From positions 60,497 through 124,496 of IMG/VR virus record IMGVR_UViG_3300014205_000004: a stretch of 64,000 nt of DNA; one strand, written 5' to 3'. Under the pieces are notes generated by a model that worked only from the letters and a program-made list of their open reading frames with translations, searched no databases and was not told the origin of the DNA. Source of the DNA: a virus. Lineage: Duplodnaviria; Caudoviricetes. Position 1 is the first letter of the stretch. Every line of letters starts with the position of its first letter. A program made the position numbers and the translations under genes. Shown piece by piece: positions 38,337 through 47,439 of the stretch.

Positions 38337-40886
38337 ATGGAACCGATCGCCTGTGCCCGTAAAGGGTGTGACATCGTCTTTACCCCGAAGGAACCCAAGA
38401 ATCGATTTCACGATCCTGTCTGTGCGGACGAAGACTACAACGAGCGCAAGCGCGAGAAGCGCCTCAAGAAGCACGCGACTGAGACGGCCGGCGAGCAAGG
38501 TGACATCTTCGAGATGAAGAAGATCCGCTGCTCTCGCTATGGCTGCGAGGAGCTCTTCGTACCGAAGTCCATCAACCACCAGTACCACTCCGACGTCTGC
38601 GCCAGCCAAGCGAAGAGCGACAAGAAGCTGCTGCGGCAGATTGAGGACGTGGACCCCGCGGTTGTGCGGGCTGCTGAGTCGGAACTGGTGAAGGAAGCGG
38701 AGCGCCAGCTGGGTGTGGTCCAGCGTCGGCTGCTGAAGGAAGAGTCCCGGTCAGCCATCACCCTCCAGCGCATCGATGAGTACCTGAGCGGGAACCCGAA
38801 GCCGCGTCATGCGCTCTACCCGGTTCGCTCTCTCAAGAAAGCCGGCAACGGCGCAGCGACGGACTGCCACTTCGTGTTCTCGGATCCCCAGGGCGGGAAG
38901 TGGAACTCGGGCATCGGGCTGCAGGCCCTCCTCGAAGCGTACCTGCCGGCAATTGCGGAGAAGATTATCCGCTGCGTGGAGGTCCAGCGCTTCGAAGGGC
39001 CCGTAGACACGTTCTTCTTCCACATGGTCGGCGACATCGTCGAAGGCTGCTTGCCGGCCGGCACACCTGTGCTCACTCCAACCGGTCCGAAACACATCCA
39101 AGACTTAAAACCCGGAGACTCTGTGTGGGCCCACGGGCCTGATGGCTTCAAGCAGCGCGTTGTGACTGCAGCGGCTATGACTGGCATAAAGCCGATTCAC
39201 ACCGTAGTTAGCACGGAGCGCACTCTGCGTGCTAGCCCTGAACACCCCATCCTTGTTCGCCGCGACGTAGAAGTGAGCGGGCATGCATCTCCGAATCGTC
39301 ACCGCTACGAGGTCACACACAGTTACGTTGCCGCGCAGGACGTCCGCGCTGGGGACTACCTGTGCATTGTCGACAGCGTGCCGGATGTGGGGTCCACTTC
39401 GACCCCAACTCGGGACGCGTCGGTAGAGCTGATGGAGTTCCTCGGCTTCTATGTGGGCGACGGATGCCTCACACGTAACGCCAACGGAGAACCAAACGGA
39501 GTTTTCCTCTCGCACGGCGCTGACGCAAGCTACATGGCTCACTACGTCGACAACTGCAAGACGCTGTTCTCGAAGCAAAAGAACTCGCAAGACACTTCAG
39601 CAGTGGCGGTTGCGCCAAAACCCTCACAAGCATCTGGGACCCGGTTCGGTTCCGTAGCAGCAGCCAACGAGATCCTCGCGCTCGGATTCGCTGGAGACTC
39701 CCGAACTAAGCGGGTACCTGCCTGGGTGTTCACACTTACCAGGGAACTACGGCTGGCCTTCCTCCGCGGCTACTTGGACTCGGACGGCTCAGTGAACAAG
39801 CTAGGTCAGGTCACCTTCGCGACCGTTAATCGCGGACTTATTGAAGACATCCAGGCGCTCTGCCAGGGCTTGGGAATTCTTGTCTCGCGCATCAGGACGC
39901 ACGAACGAGTGTGCCCGCTGCCTCAAGGAGGCGAGCAGCAGTCGACAATCTTCGTTATCAACTGCGGATCACCCGACCTCAACCAGGAGATTGGCAGCCA
40001 CACCCCACAGTATCTGGACCGTTGGGCCCAGCGTAGTGGGACTCGCAGGACACGCAACTACGCTGTCACGAGCAAGGGGCGCATCCCGGCCGCACCGATC
40101 GGCTGCAGATATAGCTTGGTGAAGTCGAATGACGTTGGCCTAGCAGAACCGACATACAACATCTCAGTCGAAGGACTTGAGACGTTCATCGCTGACGGCG
40201 TCGTGACACATAACTGCGCCATTTACCCAGGCCAGCGCCAACACCTCGACCGCTTCCAGAATGGAGACTCCGCGGTCGACCAGGTCCTGACCATGGCTGA
40301 CGCTATCTGCGACATCCTCATCGCCAGGCTGCGGCCCTACTTCAAGAACTTCGTCTTCGCCAACGCGTTCGGCAACCACGGGCGCACCGGTAACAAGCTG
40401 GACCCGGCACTCGACAAAGATAACCGCGACCGATTGGTGGCCGAGATCGTCAAGCGCATGTGCAGCCACATGGACATCCAGTGGATCATTCCCGAGCGCG
40501 ATCGCTATGTGGTCGAGTCGATGGGTTACAGCATTGGCGGCATCCACGGGCATCAGCTGGGTAACAAGAGCAGCCTCAACGCCATGGAGCTTCCGATCCT
40601 CCGCTGGGACGCGTTGCGCCACTTCGGGACCAACCTGGACGGCCTCGTCATGGGCCATCGGCATCACCCGGCTTCGCTCGACATGAACGGCATCGAAGTC
40701 ATCCAGAACGGTGCGCTAGACGGTGGTTCTGATTGGTTCACGAACACCACGGGTGCGTGGGCTCAGCCGAGCCAGGAACTGTTCTTCGTGAGCGAGGAGT
40801 TCTTCATCGGGACGCGCCGGCGGCTCTACGTGACACCAAAAACGCCGCGGGCCCGAGCAGTTTCTCAGTGGTCATCCGCGGCGTAA
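38337..40886 (+). CDS. calcineurin-like metallophosphoesterase with N-terminal Cys-rich repeats, intein-containing
   Basis: FSDPQ, GDIVEG, GNHGR, IHGH, MGHRH motifs; two C...GC...F.P...H...C repeats. Confidence 0.85.
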   Translation: MEPIACARKGCDIVFTPKEPKNRFHDPVCADEDYNERKREKRLKKHATETAGEQGDIFEMKKIRCSRYGCEELFVPKSINHQYHSDVCASQAKSDKKLLRQIEDVDPAVVRAAESELVKEAERQLGVVQRRLLKEESRSAITLQRIDEYLSGNPKPRHALYPVRSLKKAGNGAATDCHFVFSDPQGGKWNSGIGLQALLEAYLPAIAEKIIRCVEVQRFEGPVDTFFFHMVGDIVEGCLPAGTPVLTPTGPKHIQDLKPGDSVWAHGPDGFKQRVVTAAAMTGIKPIHTVVSTERTLRASPEHPILVRRDVEVSGHASPNRHRYEVTHSYVAAQDVRAGDYLCIVDSVPDVGSTSTPTRDASVELMEFLGFYVGDGCLTRNANGEPNGVFLSHGADASYMAHYVDNCKTLFSKQKNSQDTSAVAVAPKPSQASGTRFGSVAAANEILALGFAGDSRTKRVPAWVFTLTRELRLAFLRGYLDSDGSVNKLGQVTFATVNRGLIEDIQALCQGLGILVSRIRTHERVCPLPQGGEQQSTIFVINCGSPDLNQEIGSHTPQYLDRWAQRSGTRRTRNYAVTSKGRIPAAPIGCRYSLVKSNDVGLAEPTYNISVEGLETFIADGVVTHNCAIYPGQRQHLDRFQNGDSAVDQVLTMADAICDILIARLRPYFKNFVFANAFGNHGRTGNKLDPALDKDNRDRLVAEIVKRMCSHMDIQWIIPERDRYVVESMGYSIGGIHGHQLGNKSSLNAMELPILRWDALRHFGTNLDGLVMGHRHHPASLDMNGIEVIQNGALDGGSDWFTNTTGAWAQPSQELFFVSEEFFIGTRRRLYVTPKTPRARAVSQWSSAA
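39048..40214 (+). mobile_element. intein with LAGLIDADG-type homing endonuclease (389 aa)
   Basis: Starts CLPAGTPV; block B SPEHPIL; LGFYVGDG and FLRGYLDSDG endonuclease motifs; ends TYNISVEG..TFIADGVVTHN followed by Cys+1. Confidence 0.93.
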
Positions 40887-40962
40887 GTGGCTCTACCTAC
40901 TGTTTTGACAGTCTGTACGGGCTGACGAGTGTTGTAGAGTGTTCTAGGGCATGTCTCCGAGC

Positions 40963-41367
40963 CTACTGCGCCTGCCAGGTACGTGACCACCAGAGCGTGT
41001 GCGCCAGTAGCTGGTCCGGCAACTCCGCCCGTACACGAAACTGAACGAAGGTCGGCTCGAACTCCACAAGCACCCGAAGCTCGGCGTCGTAGATGGCGTC
41101 GCGTAACCGGTCCGAGTCGTACGGCGCGTCGATAACCGTGACGACAGACGCGTTTACGGTATCCACCCAGATCTCCCGCACAGCATGATGCTGCTTGACA
41201 GCGTCGACAAACTCGTCGGCCAGCTTGACGACCCTGCTCGCTTTCGTGCCGGCAGGGCAGGGCTGCAGCTCATCTCCTGGACAATCCAGGGCGTAGAGCT
41301 GCGCTTCACGTGCTGCCTCGGCGAGCCGACGCTTGTAGTCGATACCTAACAGCCTTGCGATGTTCAT
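40963..41367 (-). CDS. hypothetical protein
   Basis: GGAGG RBS; ATGA-coupled to dCMP deaminase. Confidence 0.6.
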   Translation of the reverse strand: MNIARLLGIDYKRRLAEAAREAQLYALDCPGDELQPCPAGTKASRVVKLADEFVDAVKQHHAVREIWVDTVNASVVTVIDAPYDSDRLRDAIYDAELRVLVEFEPTFVQFRVRAELPDQLLAHTLWWSRTWQAQ

Positions 41368-41783
41368 GCTGCCTCCGGCGCGTAGATGCAGCGGACGCCG
41401 GCCTGCTGGAGCAGGTCCTCGCCGTCCGTCGTGCGGTAGGTCCGGCGGAAGACGACAGTCCCGGCACCAGAGTTGATGATTGCCTTGGCGCAGCCGCGGC
41501 ACGGTGAGTGCGTCGTGTAGACGATGCGGTCGTCGACGGTGTTGTCGCACTTGAGGAGTGCGTTGATTTCAGCATGCACGCACTGACAGGCCCCAACGGC
41601 CGTTGGGTCGTCACAGGTGTTAGGCCCACCTGCCCAGTTGCCATTGAAACCGATGGCTAGGACGCGCCGATGGTCGGCTGTGACAACCACGCAGCCGACC
41701 TGCAACCGTGGGCAGGTCGACCGGCGTGCCACCGTGTCCGCCATGTCCAGGAAGATGTCCGTCCAGGAAGGTCTGTCAGTCAT
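41364..41783 (-). CDS. dCMP deaminase (ComEB family)
   Basis: RPSW..IF...A..VA.RSTC, HAEINA, SPC..C. Confidence 0.92.
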   Translation of the reverse strand: MTDRPSWTDIFLDMADTVARRSTCPRLQVGCVVVTADHRRVLAIGFNGNWAGGPNTCDDPTAVGACQCVHAEINALLKCDNTVDDRIVYTTHSPCRGCAKAIINSGAGTVVFRRTYRTTDGEDLLQQAGVRCIYAPEAA

Positions 41784-42295
41784 GCTGCTTGTCCTCGCGA
41801 TGTTGGTCCCGGATCCGTGGCTCGTCGCCGGCCGCGAATGATGTCGCTCACCTGGTGCCTGGGCAGGCCGTAAAGGGCGGCTAGCTTGGTGATGGTGATG
41901 ATTTTGTTGGGGTCGAAGTACTCATTGCGGAGCTTCTCGACAGTCTCAGTCGTTACGAACTTCAGCGGCTTGCCGCGCTTCTTCTGAGCTCGGTCAGCAC
42001 AGTTCTCGGCGTTCGTGCCGAGGAAGAGGTGACTCGGGTTGCAGCAGACACGGTTGTCGCAGGTGTGGCACACCGACAGCCAGTCGGGAAGGTAGAGCGG
42101 GCGGTCCGGGTCGTACGTGCGCGACAACCTGTACGCTGCACGGCTGGCCGGGTCTGTCTTCGTCTTGCCTTCGACGATGATGTGGAACTTGCCGTACCCG
42201 TACGAGTTCAGGCCGGCGTTCCACACCCAGCAGTCGTCCGGGCCGAGGATCGTGACTTTTTCCCAGAAGCGTTCGTGGACGGTCTTACGCGGCAT
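41780..42295 (-). CDS. HNH homing endonuclease
   Basis: RFWEKV...CWVW, YGKF, VCHTCDN..CCNPSHLFLGT..EN..D, C-terminal HTH-like region. Confidence 0.9.
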   Translation of the reverse strand: MPRKTVHERFWEKVTILGPDDCWVWNAGLNSYGYGKFHIIVEGKTKTDPASRAAYRLSRTYDPDRPLYLPDWLSVCHTCDNRVCCNPSHLFLGTNAENCADRAQKKRGKPLKFVTTETVEKLRNEYFDPNKIITITKLAALYGLPRHQVSDIIRGRRRATDPGPTSRGQAA

Positions 42296-42902
42296 CGATC
42301 TCAACCGTCCTGAGCTCGACCCATTCACTCGTAAGCCCAACCAGTGCCTTGTTGAGTCTTTCAATCTCTTCTTCGATCACCGTCATCTCGGCGCGGACAC
42401 ACTCAGCCGTGCGGATGTGCTCTGGCTTTCGCTTTCGCTTCGGCGCATCTCTACCTGTCGCATCCGCGGCCAGGCGGTCCGCTTCTTTGTTGATCTCGCG
42501 GTCGATGTGCTGGAAGGTCCACGCTTCGAGGCCCGTCGACAGGATGGACTTCAGTTCCACGTGCAGTTCGCGCACGGCAGCGTCCTTCACTGAGAACGAA
42601 CCCTGCATCTGCTTCGCCACGACCAGCGAGTCAGTCTTGAACCACACCATGTCGACAGCGTTCTGCACGCACCAGTTCGCAGCGTGGATGACGGCCAGGT
42701 ATTCGAGGCAGTTCACGCCGGGCCCGTAGGGTACTTCCAGGGACCGGCTGTAGAGCACTTCGTCTGCGCGATGCTTCTTGATAACCACGCCGATGCCGGC
42801 TCGCATCACGGACGATCGGTGGCTGGCATCCGTCCAGACGTCGACCTTGTTTAGCTCGCGCGTGCGACGCGCTGTCAATTCCGCCTGCACCAGACTGTCC
42901 AA
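42285..42902 (-). CDS. rnhA: ribonuclease HI-like protein
   Basis: WTDAS..AGIG, N..EY.AVI, TDS.VV..Q..G, HI.RE.N.EAD.LA. Confidence 0.85.
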   Translation of the reverse strand: MDSLVQAELTARRTRELNKVDVWTDASHRSSVMRAGIGVVIKKHRADEVLYSRSLEVPYGPGVNCLEYLAVIHAANWCVQNAVDMVWFKTDSLVVAKQMQGSFSVKDAAVRELHVELKSILSTGLEAWTFQHIDREINKEADRLAADATGRDAPKRKRKPEHIRTAECVRAEMTVIEEEIERLNKALVGLTSEWVELRTVEIDAA

Positions 42903-43405
42903 TCAGCCATCCAGTCCCTGCCTACGATGTGGATGTACGCGGGCGGGATAAGTGCAACGCCGAGGGACTCGTCGAAGGTGCCGTGCCGCAGGGTAATCTG
43001 GACGAACGCGTAGCCGCGGTGCTGGATGACTTCCTGTAGCCGGAACATCTGGCGAATGCCGGAGTTGCCGTCATCGCTCACATCGAACTGGCCAATGTAC
43101 GCGGCGGGATTGCTGCAGTTCTCATCGCCATCGTCAAAGCGCACGCTCACGCTCACTTTGTCGTAGTCGAACACAGCCAGGAGACATTCGGGGCGCAGGT
43201 GCGTGTGGAAGTACTCGCGTGCACGCTCAAACTCGGAGGCTTCCGTCAGTATGAGATTGAAGGCAACGAAGGAGTTTGTCTGCATGGGGTTAGCCCCCAC
43301 CCAATCACCTGGCATGTTCGCCGGGTTAGATTCGTCCTGCTTCAGCAGGTTCGCTGCCACGCGGGTCTGCAGGTATGCATTAAACAGGGGAACTGGTTCG
43401 TTCAC
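42875..43405 (-). CDS. hypothetical protein
   Basis: GTGA-coupled to RuvC; 176-aa ORF. Confidence 0.6.
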   Translation of the reverse strand: MNEPVPLFNAYLQTRVAANLLKQDESNPANMPGDWVGANPMQTNSFVAFNLILTEASEFERAREYFHTHLRPECLLAVFDYDKVSVSVRFDDGDENCSNPAAYIGQFDVSDDGNSGIRQMFRLQEVIQHRGYAFVQITLRHGTFDESLGVALIPPAYIHIVGRDWMADWTVWCRRN

Positions 43406-43980
43406 GCGGCTGCCTTTCGGAGAACGCCGCGGCCATACAGCGCGATGCCGGCCGAATCGAAGCAGTCCTCCCAGTTAACTTTGGGGACCTTGAGGTCGAC
43501 GACGGCCTGGGCCAGGGTGGGGAGCCGGATCTGCACCAGCTGCGCCACATGGTCCTTCGACGCCCCGCCCTTGAAGCTCGACTTTGCTTTCCACGTCGAC
43601 ACGGGAGTGCCAAACACCGGAACGCGCTGCTCCTCAAGGACGATGCGGACGAGAGCGAACATCTGCGCCATGGCCAGGACCGAGGGTTTGTCGTAGATGA
43701 CAGGGGCTTCGACGAATACAGCACGGGGTTTCCCGTGCTCTTTGATGTACGCGACGCAGTCCTTCTTGAAGTCGGCCTGCAGCTGGCGCATGCGCTTCCA
43801 CTCATCGCGCACTTTAGGATCCGGCTTGATCCAAGCGATGTCACAGCGGTCGCCGTTCAGGCGCGTGATTGCGAGACCTTTGACTGCCGGGTCGATGCCC
43901 CAAACGTGGTACGCGTCATCAGTGGCGGTATCCATTGAGCCGTTAGCGTACTTCAGTTCGACTACGTTAGCAATACTCAT
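43402..43980 (-). CDS. ruvC: RuvC-like Holliday junction resolvase
   Basis: GIDP, VFVEAP, WK...G.ASK..V, D..DSAGIA. Confidence 0.85.
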   Translation of the reverse strand: MSIANVVELKYANGSMDTATDDAYHVWGIDPAVKGLAITRLNGDRCDIAWIKPDPKVRDEWKRMRQLQADFKKDCVAYIKEHGKPRAVFVEAPVIYDKPSVLAMAQMFALVRIVLEEQRVPVFGTPVSTWKAKSSFKGGASKDHVAQLVQIRLPTLAQAVVDLKVPKVNWEDCFDSAGIALYGRGVLRKAAA

Positions 43981-44231
43981 AGGTCTTCGAAAGCGTCGGC
44001 GAGTTCCTCGTCCAGGTCGTAGTCCCAGTCCTCCTCGCGGTACTCGAACGGCTTGAACGTGTCGCGTTCCCGGAGGGACTTGATGTCTTCTGGTGTGGGC
44101 TCTCGTGGGGGATACGTCAGCGAACCGTGAATCACGCACTCTGGCTCTTCACGGTTCCCGTACAGGCGCTGCGGGGGCAGGCGAAAGTGCACACATCGAC
44201 CGCAGTGTGGATACTGAGTACTATCTGTCAC
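43977..44231 (-). CDS. small Cys-containing acidic protein
   Basis: HCGRCVHF...C..H; leaderless-type promoter upstream. Confidence 0.55.
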   Translation of the reverse strand: MTDSTQYPHCGRCVHFRLPPQRLYGNREEPECVIHGSLTYPPREPTPEDIKSLRERDTFKPFEYREEDWDYDLDEELADAFEDL

Positions 44232-44238
44232 CTAACTG

Positions 44239-44266
44239 AGGTTAACAGGTATCCAAACCGATGCAA
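44239..44266 (-). promoter_or_regulatory. putative leaderless promoter
   Basis: TTGCAT-16 nt-TAACCT with extended TG, 7 nt before GTG 44231. Confidence 0.45.
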
Positions 44267-44269
44267 TAG

Positions 44270-44539
44270 CTACGCTGCGAGCTGTTTTCCGTCACGTCGC
44301 TCGACATACTGCCTGCGGTTCACTGCACGCTTCGCGGCCGTGCAAGGCTCGCACCTGCAGTTGTAGTTCACGTAGGTCGACTCTTTGCCGTGCTGCACGT
44401 GTGCAGGCAGCGGAAGGGAAGAACGGCGCAATCGCGCCACCGTGACTCTCGTACGATGGTGAACCACACAAGTGTCGCAACGACAACCTGCGTTGTAACG
44501 CGTACCCGTTCCGTGTGCTGTGCTGTCTCGGTGTGTCAT
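44270..44539 (-). CDS. small protein with duplicated HG...Y...CRC..C motif
   Basis: HGTGTRYNAGCRCDTC and HGKESTYVNYNCRCEPC. Confidence 0.7.
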   Translation of the reverse strand: MTHRDSTAHGTGTRYNAGCRCDTCVVHHRTRVTVARLRRSSLPLPAHVQHGKESTYVNYNCRCEPCTAAKRAVNRRQYVERRDGKQLAA

Positions 44540-45210
44540 TCTCGGACGATGTGCTCCGCATGGCTCTTCACCGCGCTGTAGCGGCTAATGCCGTTCTTCT
44601 GGGTGACTTCGTACATGACGTCAGCGTGCTCGCCGAACAAAGGCTCGTGCGTGACGAGGATGATTTGCACGCCGGTCTCGTCGACCAGCTGTCGCAGTAG
44701 CTTCGCTAGATTCGGGACGTACTCCTGCGACACCATCGCGAAGTTCTCATCCAGGATCATCACTGGCCGCAACGGCGGCTTCGAAGCCAGGAGAATGAGC
44801 ACTCGCAGCAGGAAGCTGACGACAGCAACAACGCCGCCACCCTTCGCTCCCATGATGTCGGTCACGAGCTCGTCGTCGCCGACCATCTGGACGAGCTTGA
44901 AGTCCATGGTCGACATGTCGCCACGCTGCTTGGTCTCCAGGACAAACCTCAGCGGCTCATTGAACACCAGCGAAAGGCCGCGGGAGATGAGGCCGGCCAA
45001 CTTGTTTTCGAAGGACCGGTGCCAGGTGCCTTCGAGGACCTGGAATACCTGTAGTGCTTGTTGCAGTTCCAGGAGGGCAGAGCGGTATTGTACGGTGTTT
45101 GAGCGCAGGTTTTCGAGGTCCTCCTCGACCTGCGCTTTCCGACCAAGATCGCGCTCGATACCCCTGCGCATGTCGGCCAAGCGCGTGCTGACGGTTTCGA
45201 GCGCAGTCAC
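44536..45210 (-). CDS. Rad50/SbcC-like C-terminal half (signature, Walker B, H-loop)
   Basis: Coiled coil, then KGGG signature variant, MILDENF Walker B and IILVTH; no Walker A. Confidence 0.85.
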   Translation of the reverse strand: MTALETVSTRLADMRRGIERDLGRKAQVEEDLENLRSNTVQYRSALLELQQALQVFQVLEGTWHRSFENKLAGLISRGLSLVFNEPLRFVLETKQRGDMSTMDFKLVQMVGDDELVTDIMGAKGGGVVAVVSFLLRVLILLASKPPLRPVMILDENFAMVSQEYVPNLAKLLRQLVDETGVQIILVTHEPLFGEHADVMYEVTQKNGISRYSAVKSHAEHIVRE

Positions 45211-45794
45211 GCCGCCAACCCACGCTTGCGCCGGTACAGGTCGAACAGGCCATCGATGCTTTCCTGGGCGCTGTTGACCGTCCAGACGACGTTCTTCCAC
45301 TCCACGTCCGCGAGCGCGGTCTCCGAGTCGTGGTTGAGCATGGCGCGTGCTTCGGCGTCGGTGTACCCGCGAATCCCCGTGAGGTACTCCCAGGTCCGCT
45401 GAAAGCTGGGCTGCAGACGCACGATGTCGAAGCCGAGGTCCTGGAGGGCGTCGTACTCGTTCTTGAAGCGCAGGTCGTCAAGGACGAGCTTCTCGCCGCT
45501 ACCGAGTGACTGCGCGTAGACCTCGCGGAACCGCTTGACCCACCAGTTCTGGTCGAACCGGCGCGCCATGTCCGTACCCCAAAGGACGAGAAGCCAACGG
45601 AACTCTTCCTTCTTCGGTGACTCCAGGAGCCACTCGATGGGGATACCGAAGTAGTCGGCGATGTCCAGCCGGAGCGGGTACGCGAAGCTCAGCGGCGTAT
45701 ACCCGTGGGTGTCCACCAAGTACTTGCGGAGCTCGGTCTTGCCGGCCCCGATTGGTCCGGACAGGGCGATGCGGGAAGGGAGCAGATCAGCCAT
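45207..45794 (-). CDS. deoxynucleoside monophosphate kinase-like protein
   Basis: IALSGPIGAGKT, SFAYPLR, R.LL..WGT, DDLRFKNE, H.SE. Confidence 0.85.
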   Translation of the reverse strand: MADLLPSRIALSGPIGAGKTELRKYLVDTHGYTPLSFAYPLRLDIADYFGIPIEWLLESPKKEEFRWLLVLWGTDMARRFDQNWWVKRFREVYAQSLGSGEKLVLDDLRFKNEYDALQDLGFDIVRLQPSFQRTWEYLTGIRGYTDAEARAMLNHDSETALADVEWKNVVWTVNSAQESIDGLFDLYRRKRGLAA

Positions 45795-46032
45795 TCATTG
45801 CCTCCAGGAGCGCTTCGGCGTCAGAGATGGCGACTTCAGCCAGCTTCTCGACTTGCTCGGCGAGAGACTTCTTCACGTCAAAGCCCTCGTCCTCGAACCA
45901 CGCAAGAATCTCATCGCGGGCGGCGATGGCGTTATCGCGCGCAGCTTCAAGCTGAATGCGTTTCACCTTCGCTGCTTCGAGGTCTCTCTGTAGCTGCTTC
46001 AATTCCGCAGCCCGGTCAACTACCTGTGCCAT
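45787..46032 (-). CDS. small coiled-coil protein
   Basis: Heptad-rich 81 aa; GGAGG RBS; within the Mre11/Rad50 cluster. Confidence 0.65.
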   Translation of the reverse strand: MAQVVDRAAELKQLQRDLEAAKVKRIQLEAARDNAIAARDEILAWFEDEGFDVKKSLAEQVEKLAEVAISDAEALLEAMNG

Positions 46033-47008
46033 AGCCGGCTTCCTCCATGTAGTGGCGTACGCGAGCCATGACTGGCTCGGGAACTTCGAGAGCAGACAAG
46101 ACCTGACCGAAGTCGAGGTCGTCGAGCGACATCATCGAGCGCGCGTCGCGCGCCAGGTCCGTCAACTCCGGGTCAATCAAGTACTCCGGCATCGTGTCCG
46201 AAGAGACGAACACGTCCTGCCAGGGGACAGCGCACTTCAGCTTGTACGGGACAACCTCCGCGTACACATCGCCGTCACCTGAATTGCGGTGCAGGTCGAT
46301 GAGCGGAACGACGACGTCACGCATCTGTGTGCGCGAACGCCTGGCGAGAGAGCCGTACTGGACGAACTCCGTACCACCTACCAGCTGACTACCGTAGTCG
46401 TGGTGAAGATGGCCGCACAGGACCATGTCCACGCCGCGCTTTGGGAACTCCGTGTACGTGACGTGCGGGTACGGCAGCTGCTCCTTATCGGGAGCGACAG
46501 CGCCGTGAGTCATCAGGATGTGGTAGTCCGTGTTTCGCAGCCGCTTCGACGTGAAGAAGCTTGCTTCGGACTCACCATCCTCGTGGTAGTTGAAGGGAGT
46601 GACCTGGATCTTGAAGCCCTCATACATCTGCGGGAAGAACACATCGTCGACCAGCTGGATGGCTCCGCTGGATGCCAGGACGCCGAGTGGCTGCTTCCAC
46701 AGGCTCGCCATGCCTTCCTCAGAGAGGTCGTGGTTGCCGGCGATTGCCCAGACGGGCAGCTTTGCTGCATGCATCTCACCGAACAGGTCGATGAGCCACT
46801 TCACAAGACCGTGCGATACGTGGTTCGGCCGCTTCGAATCAAACAGGTCGCCGGTCATGAAGAGATGGCGCTTCTGGGCCACACAGAGGTCCACGACCTC
46901 GCGCATCTTTGCCTTCATCTCGTCGGGGTAACTGGCCGCTCTGTTACCAACTGGCCGGTCACAAAGGTGCTGGTCGGTGATGTGCGCGAAGCGAAAGATG
47001 TCAGGCAT
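46016..47008 (-). CDS. Mre11/SbcD-like nuclease
   Basis: TDQH, TGDLFD, AGNHD, MTHG, GHLH, GSLAR motifs. Confidence 0.9.
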   Translation of the reverse strand: MPDIFRFAHITDQHLCDRPVGNRAASYPDEMKAKMREVVDLCVAQKRHLFMTGDLFDSKRPNHVSHGLVKWLIDLFGEMHAAKLPVWAIAGNHDLSEEGMASLWKQPLGVLASSGAIQLVDDVFFPQMYEGFKIQVTPFNYHEDGESEASFFTSKRLRNTDYHILMTHGAVAPDKEQLPYPHVTYTEFPKRGVDMVLCGHLHHDYGSQLVGGTEFVQYGSLARRSRTQMRDVVVPLIDLHRNSGDGDVYAEVVPYKLKCAVPWQDVFVSSDTMPEYLIDPELTDLARDARSMMSLDDLDFGQVLSALEVPEPVMARVRHYMEEAGYGTGS

Positions 47009-47016
47009 GCAAAAGC

Positions 47017-47045
47017 ATTGTGACTTGCTGAGTACTGACTGTCAA
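47017..47045 (-). promoter_or_regulatory. sigma70-type promoter, probably leaderless
   Basis: TTGACA-17 nt-CACAAT, 8 nt before ATG 47008; no RBS. Confidence 0.65.
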
Positions 47046-47055
47046 CGAGGTTGGT

Positions 47056-47430
47056 CTACGTAGCTTGAGGACGGAACGGGCCACACCCCGGTACTCGCGT
47101 CTCAGCTGAGGGCGAACCAGGAATCGTGACGATGCACTTCCACCAGACGGCCACGGAGTCTTCGAACGTGTTGAAGGACGTGCTCGGGAAGCGGAAGTCG
47201 ATGATGCCATCAGTCCCGAAGGGAAGGTTCGTGAACCACTCCGCGTCATCCGTGGTGTTGAACGAGATGATGGCAGACCCGTCAGCTGTCAAACGAGTCG
47301 CCTTCAATAGGATCACTGCTGACGCACCGGTCAGGTTCCGCGGCCGGCCGTGACCGTCACGCACGCGAAGACGGATGGGGTGGTCGGTCCCGAGTACCGG
47401 TTCAAGCGGAGTGATGACTGGTGAGTTCAC
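47056..47430 (-). CDS. BppU-like/virion-associated small protein
   Basis: G....I.L.V.D..G.P.NLTGAS pattern. Confidence 0.5.
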   Translation of the reverse strand: MNSPVITPLEPVLGTDHPIRLRVRDGHGRPRNLTGASAVILLKATRLTADGSAIISFNTTDDAEWFTNLPFGTDGIIDFRFPSTSFNTFEDSVAVWWKCIVTIPGSPSAETRVPGCGPFRPQAT

Positions 47431-47439
47431 AGGGCCCCT

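Noticed and set aside
40903-40945. TTGACA after the phosphoesterase gene as an antisense promoter
   Set aside because: No -10 element at acceptable spacing.
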